Shown here: piece after piece, positions 28,301 to 41,416 of the stretch
Layout of the letters: every line of letters begins with the position of its first letter
Position numbering within the stretch: position 1 is the first letter of the stretch
Assembly (NCBI GenBank): GCA_015680685.1
Contig: MNCI01000614.1
Coordinates: 722,248-786,247, forward strand
Direction: 5' to 3'
Length of the DNA stretch: 64,000 nucleotides
Source: Gnetum montanum
Taxonomy: Eukaryota > Plantae > Gnetophyta
Notes under the pieces: model-generated
Databases searched by the model: none
Told to the model about the DNA's origin: nothing
The model's input: only the letters and a program-made list of their open reading frames with translations
Position numbers and translations under genes: made by a program

Positions 28301-30130
28301 AGACCAAGAAGTGTGAACATGCATTCCAACAACTAAAGGAAAAACTCATAGAAACTCCAATTCTACAGGTACCAAACTGGTCTAGACCATTTCATATAAT
28401 GACAAATGCATCTAATTATGTTTTTAGAGCCATGCTTATGTAGTTAGATGATAAGAAACATCCATGCTACATCCACTATGCAAATCAAAGCATTGTGGAT
28501 ACACAATTGAATTACACCACAACTGAGAAAGAACTAATCGTAGTGGTGTATGCTCTTGAAAAGATCAAGCACTATGTGCTTGGCTATAAAGTGTTTGTGC
28601 ACATAGATCACAATGCCATCTGCTTCCTAATGAATAAGCCAACGGTTAGCCCCCGTATCATACGGTAGCTCGTGATCTTACAGGAATTTGATATCACAAT
28701 GGTAGATTGAAAGGGGACTGAGAATGTGATCGTTGACAATCTCTCTTGATTAAGAAGGGATAACAAAAGAGGAGGAGAGCCACCTCTATGATCAATTTTT
28801 AGACAAACTCCTCTTTACAGGAGCAATAAATGACCAAGTGCCTACCGAACCAAAATGGTATGATGGCATCCTCACTTACCTTCTCACTCAAGAGATGCCA
28901 TAAGATCTGGACTTTAGAAAGAAACAACAATTTCTTCATCAAGCTAAGTACTTCATGGAAATCAACAAACACCTTTACAAGATGTGCGTTGATGGCCTGG
29001 TTCATTGGTATGTCCCTAATGTAGACTAATTACATGTTCTCTAGGATGTTCATGAAGCCCCTTGTGGAGGCTACCATGCTAGGAGATGCACGGCCATAAA
29101 AATCCTGATGGTAGGATACTATTGGCCTAAAATCTTTAGGGATGCTCACTAATTTGTTTGATCCTATGACTACTATCAATGAGATGGTGGATGACTGCAT
29201 GAATGGAGGATCCTCAACAATGGATTCAACCACTGGAGCCCTTTGACATATGGGGCATAGACTTCATGGGTTCCACCATACCCATGTCTAATAGAAAGGC
29301 ATACATCATTGTAGCAGTCAACTACTATATCAAATGGGTAGAAGTAATAGCCATCATCAACTATACATCATCCACTACTACTAGATTTGTACAACAACAT
29401 TTTGTGAATAGGTTTGGGGTATCATGTGCACTAATTTCTAACAATGGAACTCATTTTACAAGTGCCATTTTTTGAAAAATCATTAAATGCTTAGGGGTTG
29501 AACATAAACTAATAACACCCTATTACCCCCAATCCAATGGTTAAGAAAAGGTAACTAATAGGGAGATTACAGAGATTCTAATGAGAACTATCAACAAATA
29601 TAGAAGAGACTAGAGTGCAAAACTCAACAATGCCCTCTGGGCCTATCGCTCAATGTAGAAACTCCCTATAAGCTACTCTCCCTATGATCTAGTGTATGGA
29701 AAACTTCCAACACCTCTAATTCAATTCAAGCTCAATACATTCTCAATAGCCTAATTTGAATCTTAACCTAAGTCTAGCATGAAAAGAAAGATTGATCAAC
29801 CTAAGATGAAAACTGATTAGTGGTCCTATCTTCGAATGAAGTACACAAGGCATTCAATAAGCAATGACATGACCTTAGAATATATAAAGTAAAATTTCAA
29901 CCAAGAGATAAGGTTCTTTATTGGAGCCACACACATGTACTTTAGAAAACAAAGTTCCAAACATTAAGGGAGGGACCTTATATAATTGACAAAACCTTTT
30001 CCTTTAGGGCCATGTTAATCTACAAACCTGAGAGCACAAACAAAAAGTAGTTGGTCAACATCTAATAAGTAAGACCTTTCCAAGAGCCAAGCCAACATAA
30101 TAATCAATACCTCAACAAATGGGTAACCAT
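25350..30130 (+). pseudogene. pol: Athila-type gag-protease-RT-RNaseH-integrase relic of A2
   Basis: RT SEWVNPLIIVPKKGG...IDFRLLN...KDHFPLPFVDQVLD...YSFLDG; RNase H NYTTTEKELI.VVYALEK; integrase EPFDIWGIDFMG...IIVAVNYYIKWVE...ISNNGTHF and TPYYPQSNG. Frequent stops. Confidence 0.92.
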
Positions 30131-32227
30131 GCTCAATTTTTTGGATCTCCTCTTTCTAACATAGTTGTCGAGGAGATGACCATCCATACTAATCATTCAC
30201 ATGGCTCATCAAATTTTCTATATTTTTTTTACACATTTTTTTCTTTATAGTTTTTTATTTTACACTTTTTTTTATTTTCAAGATTTTTTCATATTTTACA
30301 CCATTTTTTTATTTTTCACCATCATTAGTACATTTTAATCTTTCTTGAATATTGTCTAATATATTTTACTTTGTTTAAGTATGATTTTCAAATTTTTGCT
30401 AATCAACGTGCTTTGTGCGAATAGGACATAGTCATGTTGTAGCTACTACTAATGGTGGTTTATGCTTAATGTTTTGTTTGCTAATGTTTGGTTTCTATTT
30501 CTAAATTTTTCTATAATGGCTGAGTCATGGTTTCTTTTTTATGGAGCAGGCAATGAGTCCACGTCATCCACCAATTCACAAACTCTATGGTTTTTCTTGT
30601 TTTGGTAGTTTGAGGTCCCTTTTCATTAAATAAACTTTTAATAAATTTGTGACATTAGTGATTTCTGGAATTGGGAAGGATTCAAAGGTTTGCACAGGGT
30701 GTGACTTCAAGGAGACTCAATACTCTTTGTACTTTTCTACTTACTTGGGTGCTTGAGTGTTTTCATAAACTTCTTATTGTTCCATGCCGATCAATAATAG
30801 GAAGTCAAATAAAGTCTTTTCATGGTGTGTTTTCCATCCAAAAAGAAAAGAAACAACACAAACAAAACAAAAACAAAAACACAATGGGAATTCAAAGCAC
30901 ACCCCTTAGACAAATAAATAGGCTATAAGAACTTGTTATAGGACTAGAAAGACGTGTTCCCATGCCTAAAGGTCCCCTCTGACTAAGGCCCTCTTTCACT
31001 TATTACTTCTCTTTTCTTCTCTTTATGAAATGGTGGTTGTTTTGTGGGAGCGCTCTTGTGTCTTGAGGGGGTAGATCAATCTTAGAGTGGCAATGTGAAG
31101 TCACTGAAAATGATTGGTTTTTGTCTAGACTAAGGATGGATCTCCTTAAGTCATTTTAAACACAAACTCCACAAGGGACTTCTTATGACCTCAATTCAAA
31201 ATTCCATTACACTTTTTCTAACATTCATCTCTCTTGTTCTTGATTTGGTGTCTTGGCCTAATGTACTTAAATTATTTGGTAGAATCTTCTATGTTTTAGT
31301 CCTTAACTTTCATCAACCATTAATCACTGATGGCATCCATGGACTCCTTTGGTTGACATTATGCAAAGGCAAACAAGACATGCGCCTACTATCGGGAGGA
31401 CCCACTTGCATCTCTCTTGGTTGTGTCATTAAGCATATTATCCTTAGGCATTCTTGTAATTAGAATCTTTTGTACATCCATCTTCTACATCAAACCATAT
31501 GCTCATTTATATATTTTTTTAATAAACACATTCTCTATAAAAATTTTCAATTTTTGAGCTTTCAAAGATCCTCTTCAACAATTTCATCATATTCTTGGCT
31601 TTTCTAGAACTCCATGAACCCCAAATTCATTTAAAAATTATTTGTATTTTTTAAGATATTCAAATTTCAAAATTTTCCATACAGGCTCTATATACAAGGC
31701 CCCATTGATGAATAAGGCGTGTATATGAGGCCCCATATACATGGCCCCCTTGATGTAGCAAAAAAATGCTATATATATATGTGCAATCCCACTTTGAAAT
31801 TTTCACATTTTGTCACAAACACCAAGGGAGGTTTTCAAATTTTTAGAGTCAAAAACCTTCTAGAGCCCATAAATTCCTCACTATTTATCCAAATCACTCT
31901 ATTCTTCGACCCTACAACTATCAAAGTTAAGCTCTTCATCATGGAGGCCACAAATGTGCCATTTTTGATAAAAAAAATTTCACCATTTTTCTAACTCCCA
32001 CAAAGGTTTAACTAAGAAATCAACTATTAAATACCAAATTACAAGAGTTAAACCTTTCCAACAAGCTCTAGTGACATTTACAATAAATAATTAATAAAAT
32101 AATAGTAAAATAATTAATCTATTATGGTTCAACCTTAGTCAAAGTGTAACTTACTAATGATAGAAGGTATTCAAAGTTTAAAGTTACATTTTATATCTAC
32201 TAATCCATGGGTGTGTTGTGACCACAG

Positions 32228-35073
32228 ATGGCACCAAAAGGGTAAAACATGCAAGAAGCAAGACCATCTCAACTAAGAGAAAAATGGGCTAGAATGGAAA
32301 GGGGCTAATAATAAGCCCAAGAAGAACCATTTTCAACCCATGCCATAAGTCCTCTTAGGGAAGAGGTCAAGGTGGAATCTATGTGATAGATTCCAAAACC
32401 AACAGCAGTAACAAACATCCCCATTGAGATGATGCACCATCCTAATAAGCAAATCTCGAGGTGACCTTGATAGAAGCCTACTTGAATCAAATTAGATCTA
32501 GGGATGTCCAAAAAATAATGCTCCAAGAGTTATTCTTTGGCCCTTTCCTGGAGCAAGCACCAAAAGAAATGCACGACCAATTGAAGACCTCTCTCATGTG
32601 GCCAATCCTCACTTCCACCAAGGAGTGGTATATGGAAGAGACATTTTTATTCTGGAACAATAGACAAGCTAGATCAATGATAAAAATCAAGGACATATCA
32701 GTGTCCTACTTGGTGCAAGCCATTCTTAATGTTCTTTGGTTGGTAGAAATAAGGATGAATCTTGTTGAGATTTGAATGCAAGTGAACCCCAACATCAAGA
32801 AAGAATGGATGCAACAATGCTATGGTATTAACCACAAGGAGTTTGGAGTGCTCACACTGGCAGAAAGGATCCACTATAAGATTGCAGTCTTCCACCTCAA
32901 TCCCATGGTGAGGCCAAGCAAAATTACTACCCTTTCTACCCATGCATGTGTTTCTCTGAGTGGGAGATCCCCTATCATTCTTCCACAACTGATATATCTA
33001 AAGATGGAGAAGTGATTTAAAGGAAATGAACATAGAAGAAAGGCACTCCCCTTTCCATGCCTCTTTAGAAAACTTTGTCAAAGGGGAGGAATAGTACATT
33101 ATACAAATAATGCTATCAAGTATGCTCTATTTTCTAACTGGGTAGAAATGATAAAAGATAAAATACCTACAACAACCATTAAGAAGAGGAGTAGCAACCA
33201 CCACCTCCACCTACCACTCAAACAACTATGTCATATGTCACTAAAATAGCCCAACGATTGCGTGAATATCAAGAATGGCTCTTGAGAAAACAAGAGCAAC
33301 AAGTAGGCACAAGTGGTAGGGACCCATCTATGTATTGACTAGAAAAGAGTCACCTAAATAAGATGGCCCAAACAATCAGCTTGATGGGTGGATGTGGATC
33401 CATTTTCTCAGCCAAAGAACACAATTGTCCACAAGGTTGAATCCTTGCACTAGAGAGGTCATGGTATCTCTCGTAGAACAATAGCCACTCCTAGAAATCT
33501 TTGGGAACACCACAACCTTTTTGATGCACTTAGAGGAAGGAAAGAAGGCAAAAATATTGGTGATGTAGCACCAAGGGTAGTAGATAGTAGTAGAGGTGGT
33601 TGCCTACCAAATTTCAAAAATCCTCAACACACCTATGGCATCTACACTAGATGTCACTATACTAAAAGATGTGCAAATGTTCATATGGATCACAAGCAAT
33701 AGAATAAATGCAGCACAACATAAAGAACTTCTGGATTGACTAGTGGGGATCAAGCAACTACATCTAGATGTCTTTGACCTTCTAGACAATATTACTACAA
33801 TCGAGTTAGAGTTGATAGAGGCAAGGGGCAAAAGCATCATCTTAGATGCACAAATCAAAATAGAAAAGAAGCTAAACAAATGCTTAACCACTAAAGTTTC
33901 CAAATTAAGAGCCCAAATTGCCGATCTTACATTTCTCAAGTCAGCATTAAAAAAACATGAAGCTCTTGCATAGCTTCACACTAGACTAAAAGGGGTTGAG
34001 GGTGTGATTGAAATGCTAGTGTTCTACTGATCCTTGGCAAGGGTCACATAACACAAAATTCAGAAGGCCTTGGATCAAACCATGAGAATGTACAATTGAT
34101 CACAAAGAACCATCACCTATATAATGTTGTTAAGCACAAACAGTAATTAACTGACTTCATCCATCAATAGCAAGAGCAATTGGCTAGAGAAAAAATAGAG
34201 ATAAAGAGACTGGCAGTAGAAAATATAAACCTCTCCATGGAGGAGGTCCATGCCCTTCACTACAAGACTACGATCAAGGTAGCTACCTAGAAATCATATG
34301 CTCTCAAGTTTGAGAGAGTCAAGGATCATTATAGAGATTAGGTCAGCCTACAAAAGGAAGTGAATGAAAAAAACATCTAGTTGACAAAGGTAAAAGTGAA
34401 TGAAACCCTGCAGCAACTCTAGCAAGAAAGAGAATTGTGGCAGCCTATCATTGATGAGATAGATGCCTACAATAAAGTGAAAATCTACATGAAGTAGTTG
34501 CAGATTGAGGAGAAGATAGAATACATGAAGCTTGCCAATCTCCAATATCCAAATATGACCATGTTAATTTTTGAATGGCCATACTTAGAATTAGAAGAGG
34601 TTGGCCAGCTTGTACTTGTTGTACAAGGCAAAGTTTAAGCATCACAAAGACACCAAGCAAAAGCTTGTAGTGGCAAACACTGAACTTGAAGTTCTCAAGT
34701 GCAAATACACTAATCAAAGATCTACCACCAAGAACCTGGCCAGAAGGATGAATGCCTACCAGAAGCAGCAAAACACAGTTAGGTTATTAGATGTTGAATG
34801 TAAATAATTTGCTACCTAGTTTGTCAATACTAATGAGTTATTTCCAGTAATGCCTTGTTCGTGAAATATCCCCATTTTAGCTTACATTGGTGATGCCATG
34901 TGGACTGTGAGTGATCCCTAGAGTAAGGAGGAGAAGATAAAGGAAATACTAGATGTCTTTCACCTTCCAATGGAGGTTGTAGACATAGCAGGATAACCAC
35001 AACTACCTCAACCACCACATGTGTTTGAAGCTGGTGAAGGCCCTTCAAAACCTCAGGAGCCTCCACTACTTAA
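32228..35073 (+). pseudogene. Accessory ORF2 relic of A2 (Transposase_32-like domain, Pro-rich linker, coiled coil, conserved C-terminal domain)
   Basis: CACAG|ATGGCACCAAAA start; YKIAVFHLNP...LPQLIYLKMEK...LPFPCLFRKLC; coiled-coil ORFs at 33743-34807; C-terminal FVNTNELFPVMPC...AYI..A.W..SDP. Confidence 0.75.
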
Positions 35074-35318
35074 GACTATCTGATCTTCTCCACTGCCTTC
35101 ATGCCATTAGAGAATGTGCTATCCAATTTTGTATTGTCATGTCATGGTGTTCAATTTTGTGTCATGAACACCACAATTTTTGTAATGTGTTGATTTGTAC
35201 ACTCAGGCAATTAGTTTTTTTATGTTAGTTTATTATGTCAAGAGTCAATTAATAATCCCATACCTTTCCAATTTTGTAAATGACCTTGAGGATGAGTTTT
35301 CATTCAATCATGAGGGTA

Positions 35319-36221
35319 TGATGAGCATCAAAGTGTTCGTTCAATGGGCTCCCATTAGTGAGGCTCCATTTACATTGTGTTTCCCCATCGACATAATATT
35401 TGCTACATCCATGGGGCCTCGTCAATGTAGCCATGTAATAAAAACTATAAATACTAGCTCACAGTTGTTTTTATGGGGAGAAAAGTCATAGTAGTAGCCA
35501 AACTCTTCTAGTTTTTACATTCAAAGGTTAGAATATTTTCCTGAGTACCCGTAGCATGAGTCATTAAGTGTATGGATCTTTATTTGATCACTATTGTACC
35601 TAAGCATGATAATGTATGTAGCAATAAAGATGAGATTCTTGGTAAACCTTGCAGCATTCTAGATAGTTTAAATGTTTTATTCATGCATTTAAATTTTTTA
35701 GTTATTTATTCAATGTTCCTTAATAATTAATCTAATTAAGTAATTAAGTGAGATAAGATAAATAATGATTAAGTAAATACATAGGTGTAACTACTTCGAG
35801 CATGTGTATGATGTTTGGTAATCCCAGTAGCACTTAACACTTGGTAACCTAGAAATGTTATATGTGTTCAAGATGTGTATGAAAAGTGGGACTAGATACT
35901 TATGTTAGGACTAGTTAAACAATAGTTAGCCAATTAGATTAAAGTAGACATTAAATTACATTATTCTTTATCCTATTTATTTCAAGTACCAAAACCATAA
36001 AATATGAAATGATAAAAATCATATGCCTTGATTACACTTAACCATACCTTTGTAAATGACAAGTGTAATTGGAAAGATAATGAATGACCATTAGGGTAGG
36101 GTTCACTTCCTAGAAGACTAGTGTACTAGAAGAAATAGAGTTCATAGAATTCGATCAGATCATGCATGAACAGTTCATGATTTGTATGGTTGAGTGTAGG
36201 GGTGCGTTTCACCACTCATCA
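35319..36221 (+). repeat. 3' LTR of A2
   Basis: Direct repeat of 24155-25060. Confidence 0.92.
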
Positions 36222-36299
36222 ATAACTAGGTTGCCATTTTGGAAGGTTGGTCCACAATTACATCCTTTGCTTTTAATAGTAATGGATGGAATCCATTAT

Positions 36300-39150
36300 A
36301 TATGTATGACTTCATGCTTATCTTCCTTAGATATTTCTACAAATAAATCTCTCATTCATAACTTAGCATTAATTGTGCAAAGTCATGCCCTTCCCATGAT
36401 AATTGGAAATTCCTTGTCTTCATTTTTCACATCAATTATAATAAAGTTTTCCAAATAAGATCACTCATTAATAGTCATCAACACATCCTGTATCTATCCC
36501 AAACAAATGGCAATAGACTGATCTACAAGCTCCAACCTTATATTACACTCCTTCAAGGGTGGTATGTTCCATGCTTGATATGTTTTCTAAGAGATCAATA
36601 TCACCCCTGAAACTAAGTCTAATAGAGCTTTGTATGGTATATTTCCAACTACTGATAGGTAAATCAAAGGAACTCCTAGATAAATTCTCTTCTTAGGAAG
36701 TGGCCCTACCTTTATCCAAGCTATGACTATTTTTGTGAGCATGATAGTTTGCAATTTTTTTTTATTATTTTTGCATGTTTGTGTTGCATGATGATGGAAG
36801 CTTGTTTTTGGTAAGAGAATTTATTATAGGAGAAGTTGTTCTTGATGAAGTTCTAACTCTACCAGTGTTTTAAGGACTTGTCCTAAAGAAGGGATATTTC
36901 TTCATTTGGCCCTTAGTGTTGCTAGCAAGATCATCTATTTATATGTTCACTATTCTTGTAGCTTTCCTCTACTACAATTATGATGGAAATTACCCTTGCA
37001 TAGCAAGTGGTGGCACTAGTGATAAAGGATTAGAAAAGGGATTTGATGGGCTAGCTACTAGTGAATGTGCATAAGGACTATGATCCACCCTTAGAATAGT
37101 AGGTCTATAGTATTCTGGTGGATAATAAGGAGAAGAAGTTTGAACTGATGTGTTTCCTAAAGATATTGGACATTGAACATAATATCCATAATGGTCTAGT
37201 CTCTTGTATTGATATTTTTTCCTAGTGGTAACATTGTCCATATCTATGGTTGTTACCACTACTACTGATATTGCTCCTATAGTTGAGGGTAGGCTCTGCT
37301 TTGGTAATATGTCAGCTAGAAGAGTTTCCTGATATTACCTTGAGTATAAGGTAGCCTTCTGGGCATCTGCTTTTTGAAAAAGCTTGGATTAAGTGCATAT
37401 ACCCCAGATTCTTACAAGTGAACCATAATAGGACAACATCCTTTATGATGTTCATATTGGCACACATTACATCCTTCCTCTTTCTTTGAACTAAAGTCAA
37501 TATACCCTTCAACAGTAGTAACTTTTCCTTTGTGCTTATAAATTTCTTGTACATAATCTCTTTTCTTCTTTCTTTCCTTGCCTCTTTTAACTACTTGTTT
37601 AGTCTTTTCTTCCACAATCTTTGGGGCTTTAGCAAACGTTTCATCCATTGAATCCAAAAATTTTTGTACCTTAGTCACTATATCATTGATTGTTTTTTCA
37701 ATAGGTAGAGTCCTTTTTTGGATAACATCTTCCAAGGTTTCATCCTCTTGCTTTTCACATATCCACAAATCTCTCTTTCTAATTGATGGATCTCTATTAT
37801 ACTACTCAGTTAATTCCCTTTTTTCTTAATTCATCTTTTTCCTTCACCACTTGGTCGATTAGTCTTTGAATGTGATGGGTAGTCATTTCTGATAATCTAC
37901 CTTGGTCATAAACCCCAAGAGTCTCTCTGGTTTTACTTTACAACCCATCTACAATGTGCTTGAGCTATTCCCTTGGTAAGAATCCATGGCCTAGAAATCT
38001 ATGTAACAGTGAATAGTAACTACCCATTGCTATATCAAGGGTTTCGTGAGTCCCTTACTTCCATCCCTGGATCTATTTCTTAAGTTGGACACTCACTAAT
38101 AAGTCTGATATTTAACATTGAAGATCTTTAGCATGGTACTCCAATGTCTAATTAATTTAGGTTAGAGTGATCTATATCAGCTCTTTGCCTTCTTCACAAG
38201 TATTCTTGGAAATAGCTTTAACTTTTGATAGACACTTTCGATATTCTGTAGGATGCAAGCATTGTGGAAAGCTTAGAGGTGGTATTGTGGATCAACATTA
38301 TAACCACCTTTAAATCTTGGCATGTTGTTCATATCAAGCCATTTGATATAGATATCCTTCACATGCCTAGTTGGGATGTGTATAGCCTCTTGTATGTTAA
38401 TCATGTTGCAATTTTTCATTAGGGTTTCATCATCTCAATCAAGTTCATGTAGTAGGTTGTAGTAGTGTCCCCTTCTATGCTCATCCCTTTCATGATTTTT
38501 GCAATCCCTATGTCTGCATTTCTCATATTCTTCATCTTCCAAATTAGAATGTCCTAAGTAATAGCCATGATGATCACAATGATCATGAGTTCTCCTCTCT
38601 TCCCTGTCATGATCCTTGTACCTTTGCCTCCTTTTGTTAGAGTCTTCTGATGATCATGAGGATCCAGACAAGATAGTAAGAGAATAGTGTTGAATTTTCC
38701 TCTCATGGTAACTCTAATGTTTGTCTCTATGGGATCTAGTAGGAACTCTTGGCCTTGAGTCCTACTTGTGCCTTGATTCTTTTGCCTCATGCCTAAGCAT
38801 CTCTGCTAATTTAGAGGATGCTTTATTCTTGAAAGGTTCCTCTAGTTGAATGATAGGTGTTTGTGACTAGAACTCATGATCTTGGTGGAGTTATTCAATG
38901 ATGAATGCATCTCCATCATGCTCCTCCAAACAAATATTAGAGTTGACTATCTTTCCTTTGTCTTGTTCATGTTTACTTTTCATGGCATGGTCTTTTCTTA
39001 ACTGCTCATCAGTAGGATCATATGGTCAAGTCATGTATTTGATTTCATGATATCCTCCAAGTGCTTCACTTAGTTTCATCTCCTTGAGAGTATTTTGGAC
39101 CATAATGGGTGCCAAATGCCTTGGTGGTAGAACAACATTCCCTTATAGAT
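36300..39150 (-). pseudogene. gag: gag-protease relic of A1
   Basis: Gag motifs homologous to A2 gag (LDMNNMPRFKGG, LKLFP.ILVKKAK); protease LSVVGNIPYKALLDLVSGVILIS at ~36590-36660 and EFPIIMGRA*LCTINA at ~36365-36412. Confidence 0.75.
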
Positions 39151-39465
39151 CTTTCCACCTAAGTTTTCTATCTTGATAAAAGATGAATGTGAAATTGGGA
39201 TAGTAAGGATTGTGATGACCATATGAGGTCCTTATTTCCATTGGCATACTGCAGTCCTCTTCTTCAATGATTTTGTCATTTCTTCCTTATGATTCCTTGG
39301 CATGTGATGTTGTATCCTTATTTGAAGCCATATTGTATTTTAATATGTGTGTTTTAAGTGTGCTTTTCTTAGAATTATGAAGTTTAACTTTGTGTTCCAG
39401 GTACAATGAACTTTATGAAATCAATTACTAAGCATACATTAACTTGTTCCTAGTACGGATACCAA

Positions 39466-40343
39466 TGATGAGCTATGGAGTAATCCAACACTCAACCATA
39501 CAAGATATGAGTGTTCAAGCATAGCTTGATTGTAATCTATGGATAAGGTAATGTGATTATGTTAGTAATTGATTTGAGTTCATGACCGTTGTCTTCCCAC
39601 ATGGAGCTACTATAATCTATGCATATGGTTTAGCTCTCAGTAAGGTATATGATATATTGATGTTGGTGGGCCATATCTCTAGCTATGATGGATAAGTGTG
39701 AAGATAGTTCTAAGTCTAAATAAAATGGTAAATCATATTATAGCCTATGGTTGTCCTAGTTTTCCATTCATACATTGGGCTTCGTATAACTACCACCGGG
39801 ATACCAAGTGTACCACTACTAGGCGTACCAAGCAATAGCACTACTGGGTTACCAAGCAATCACACTTATGTAATCGAGATTAGTTGTACTCATTCTGCTT
39901 AATAATAGTAATGGTAAAGTGCATAGAAAAGTAAATCACTAACTAAGAATAGTAAGAAAATTATTCTAAGTGTAAATAGTAAACATTATGCTAACTAAAG
40001 CAATAAATCTAGGATAATTCTGCAATAGTGAGAAATAGTTTGATCTTTATTTCCAGTCACACATGTGCCCAAGTACAAAATGCCCAAATAAAGATTTTGT
40101 TCACTACTTCACAATACACTACGAGCATTCACACTTCATGAAAACAAACTAAAAGAGCTTCAGTAAGGGTGGAATGAATTGTGTTATTACCCATGTGTCT
40201 AAGTGTCATATATATAGGCAGGCATGTGTGGCACGATATCAGATATCCAATGTCATAACATGGGCTCGAAGATTGGGTACACGATATCATGGCTCCAACA
40301 TTGGATACCCAATATCGTAGTAGTTCAAAAATTCACTTTATCA
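39466..40343 (-). repeat. 5' LTR of A1
   Basis: TGATAAAG...CTCATCA on minus strand, followed by TTGGTATCC PBS-like site at 39451-39465. Confidence 0.9.
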
Positions 40344-41416
40344 AAGACATTTCCACTAGGTTGGTTAGAGTTAGCCCTAGTTGGGGCCTCCCTTGCTCTT
40401 CTAAATAGCCTTTCCACATAATAAATGTAAGAATACTTATCAAACTTTCATATTTGATTCCATCTTATAACATCATGCTAACTAGGCTTATGCTAGAAAG
40501 GTATTACATAAAGAAAATTAAAATGTATAGATCAAATGACATTCAACTTAAGAAAATCACATGATATCAAAGAAATTGTAATAGACAAAGTAGTAGGTAT
40601 CCATAAAAATAGGTACATAGGAGTAGAAAAATGTATGAATAGAAAATTAAAAAACATTAAAAAATAGTGACAATAGCTCCATGCATATGAAACCTAACTT
40701 ATCTACTAATAAAAATAGTTCAATGTCCTATTGCTTAAGACAAAATTATAGTAAACTAGAAACTTAGTAGAATAACTATATGAAAATATATTAAGAATAA
40801 TAAATACATTAAAAGACATTAAAATTTAACTTAATAAAAAAATCCAATATAGAAATAAATATCTATGACAAAGGTAGAAATACCTCAAGGATAAGAAATT
40901 ATAAATCCTTATAGATAATCAATAGGTAATACATATTACCAAACACTAGCTACACATCATGACCTAGAAGAAAATAAACAAGCTAGTAACTTAAAAATTA
41001 TATATATATATATATAAAGAATACTCTAAGCATCAGCTTCTCCTTCTAAATTTTCTTCCTCACAACTAATTAAATCACTTGAAAAATATAAAAATAAAAT
41101 GAAAATTAGTTTTAATACTGATTAGAGAAAGTAAACTATAGATACTCCCTTATGGATTTTGAAATCAGGCATTAGGTTGTTGGATAGTCATGCATAAGGA
41201 TAGCTATATGTAAGGATTTAGCATGAAAACATACATACATATCAAAAATCATACATTAATCAAATCCAAAATTAATCAAAATTAATATAATGTCTAAAAT
41301 TTTCCACCACCATCTATAAGCCCAAATCAAAAATAAAACTAAATGAATGATTCTTACTGAAGAATGCAACTTACATAAGTATCTAGTTACTTAGCAAGAA
41401 AGACAACTTGCATGAG

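Larger units (their letters stand above)
24155..36221 (+). mobile_element. Full-length degenerate Athila-like Ty3/gypsy element A2 (gag-pol + ORF2)
   Basis: LTRs 24155-25060 and 35319-36221 (TGATGAG...CATCA). TSD GTAAC/ATAAC (1 mismatch). Decayed tRNA-Asp-like PBS at 25061-25080. PPT at ~35309-35318. Confidence 0.92.
18430..40343 (-). mobile_element. Athila-like element A1, non-autonomous (gag + protease + ORF2, no RT/RH/IN), hosting nested A2
   Basis: LTRs 39466-40343 and 18430-19299. Perfect TSD AAGAC at 18425-18429 and 40344-40348. PBS-like TGGTATCCGTAC after the 5' LTR. PPT TTGTGGGGGTA before the 3' LTR. Confidence 0.9.
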
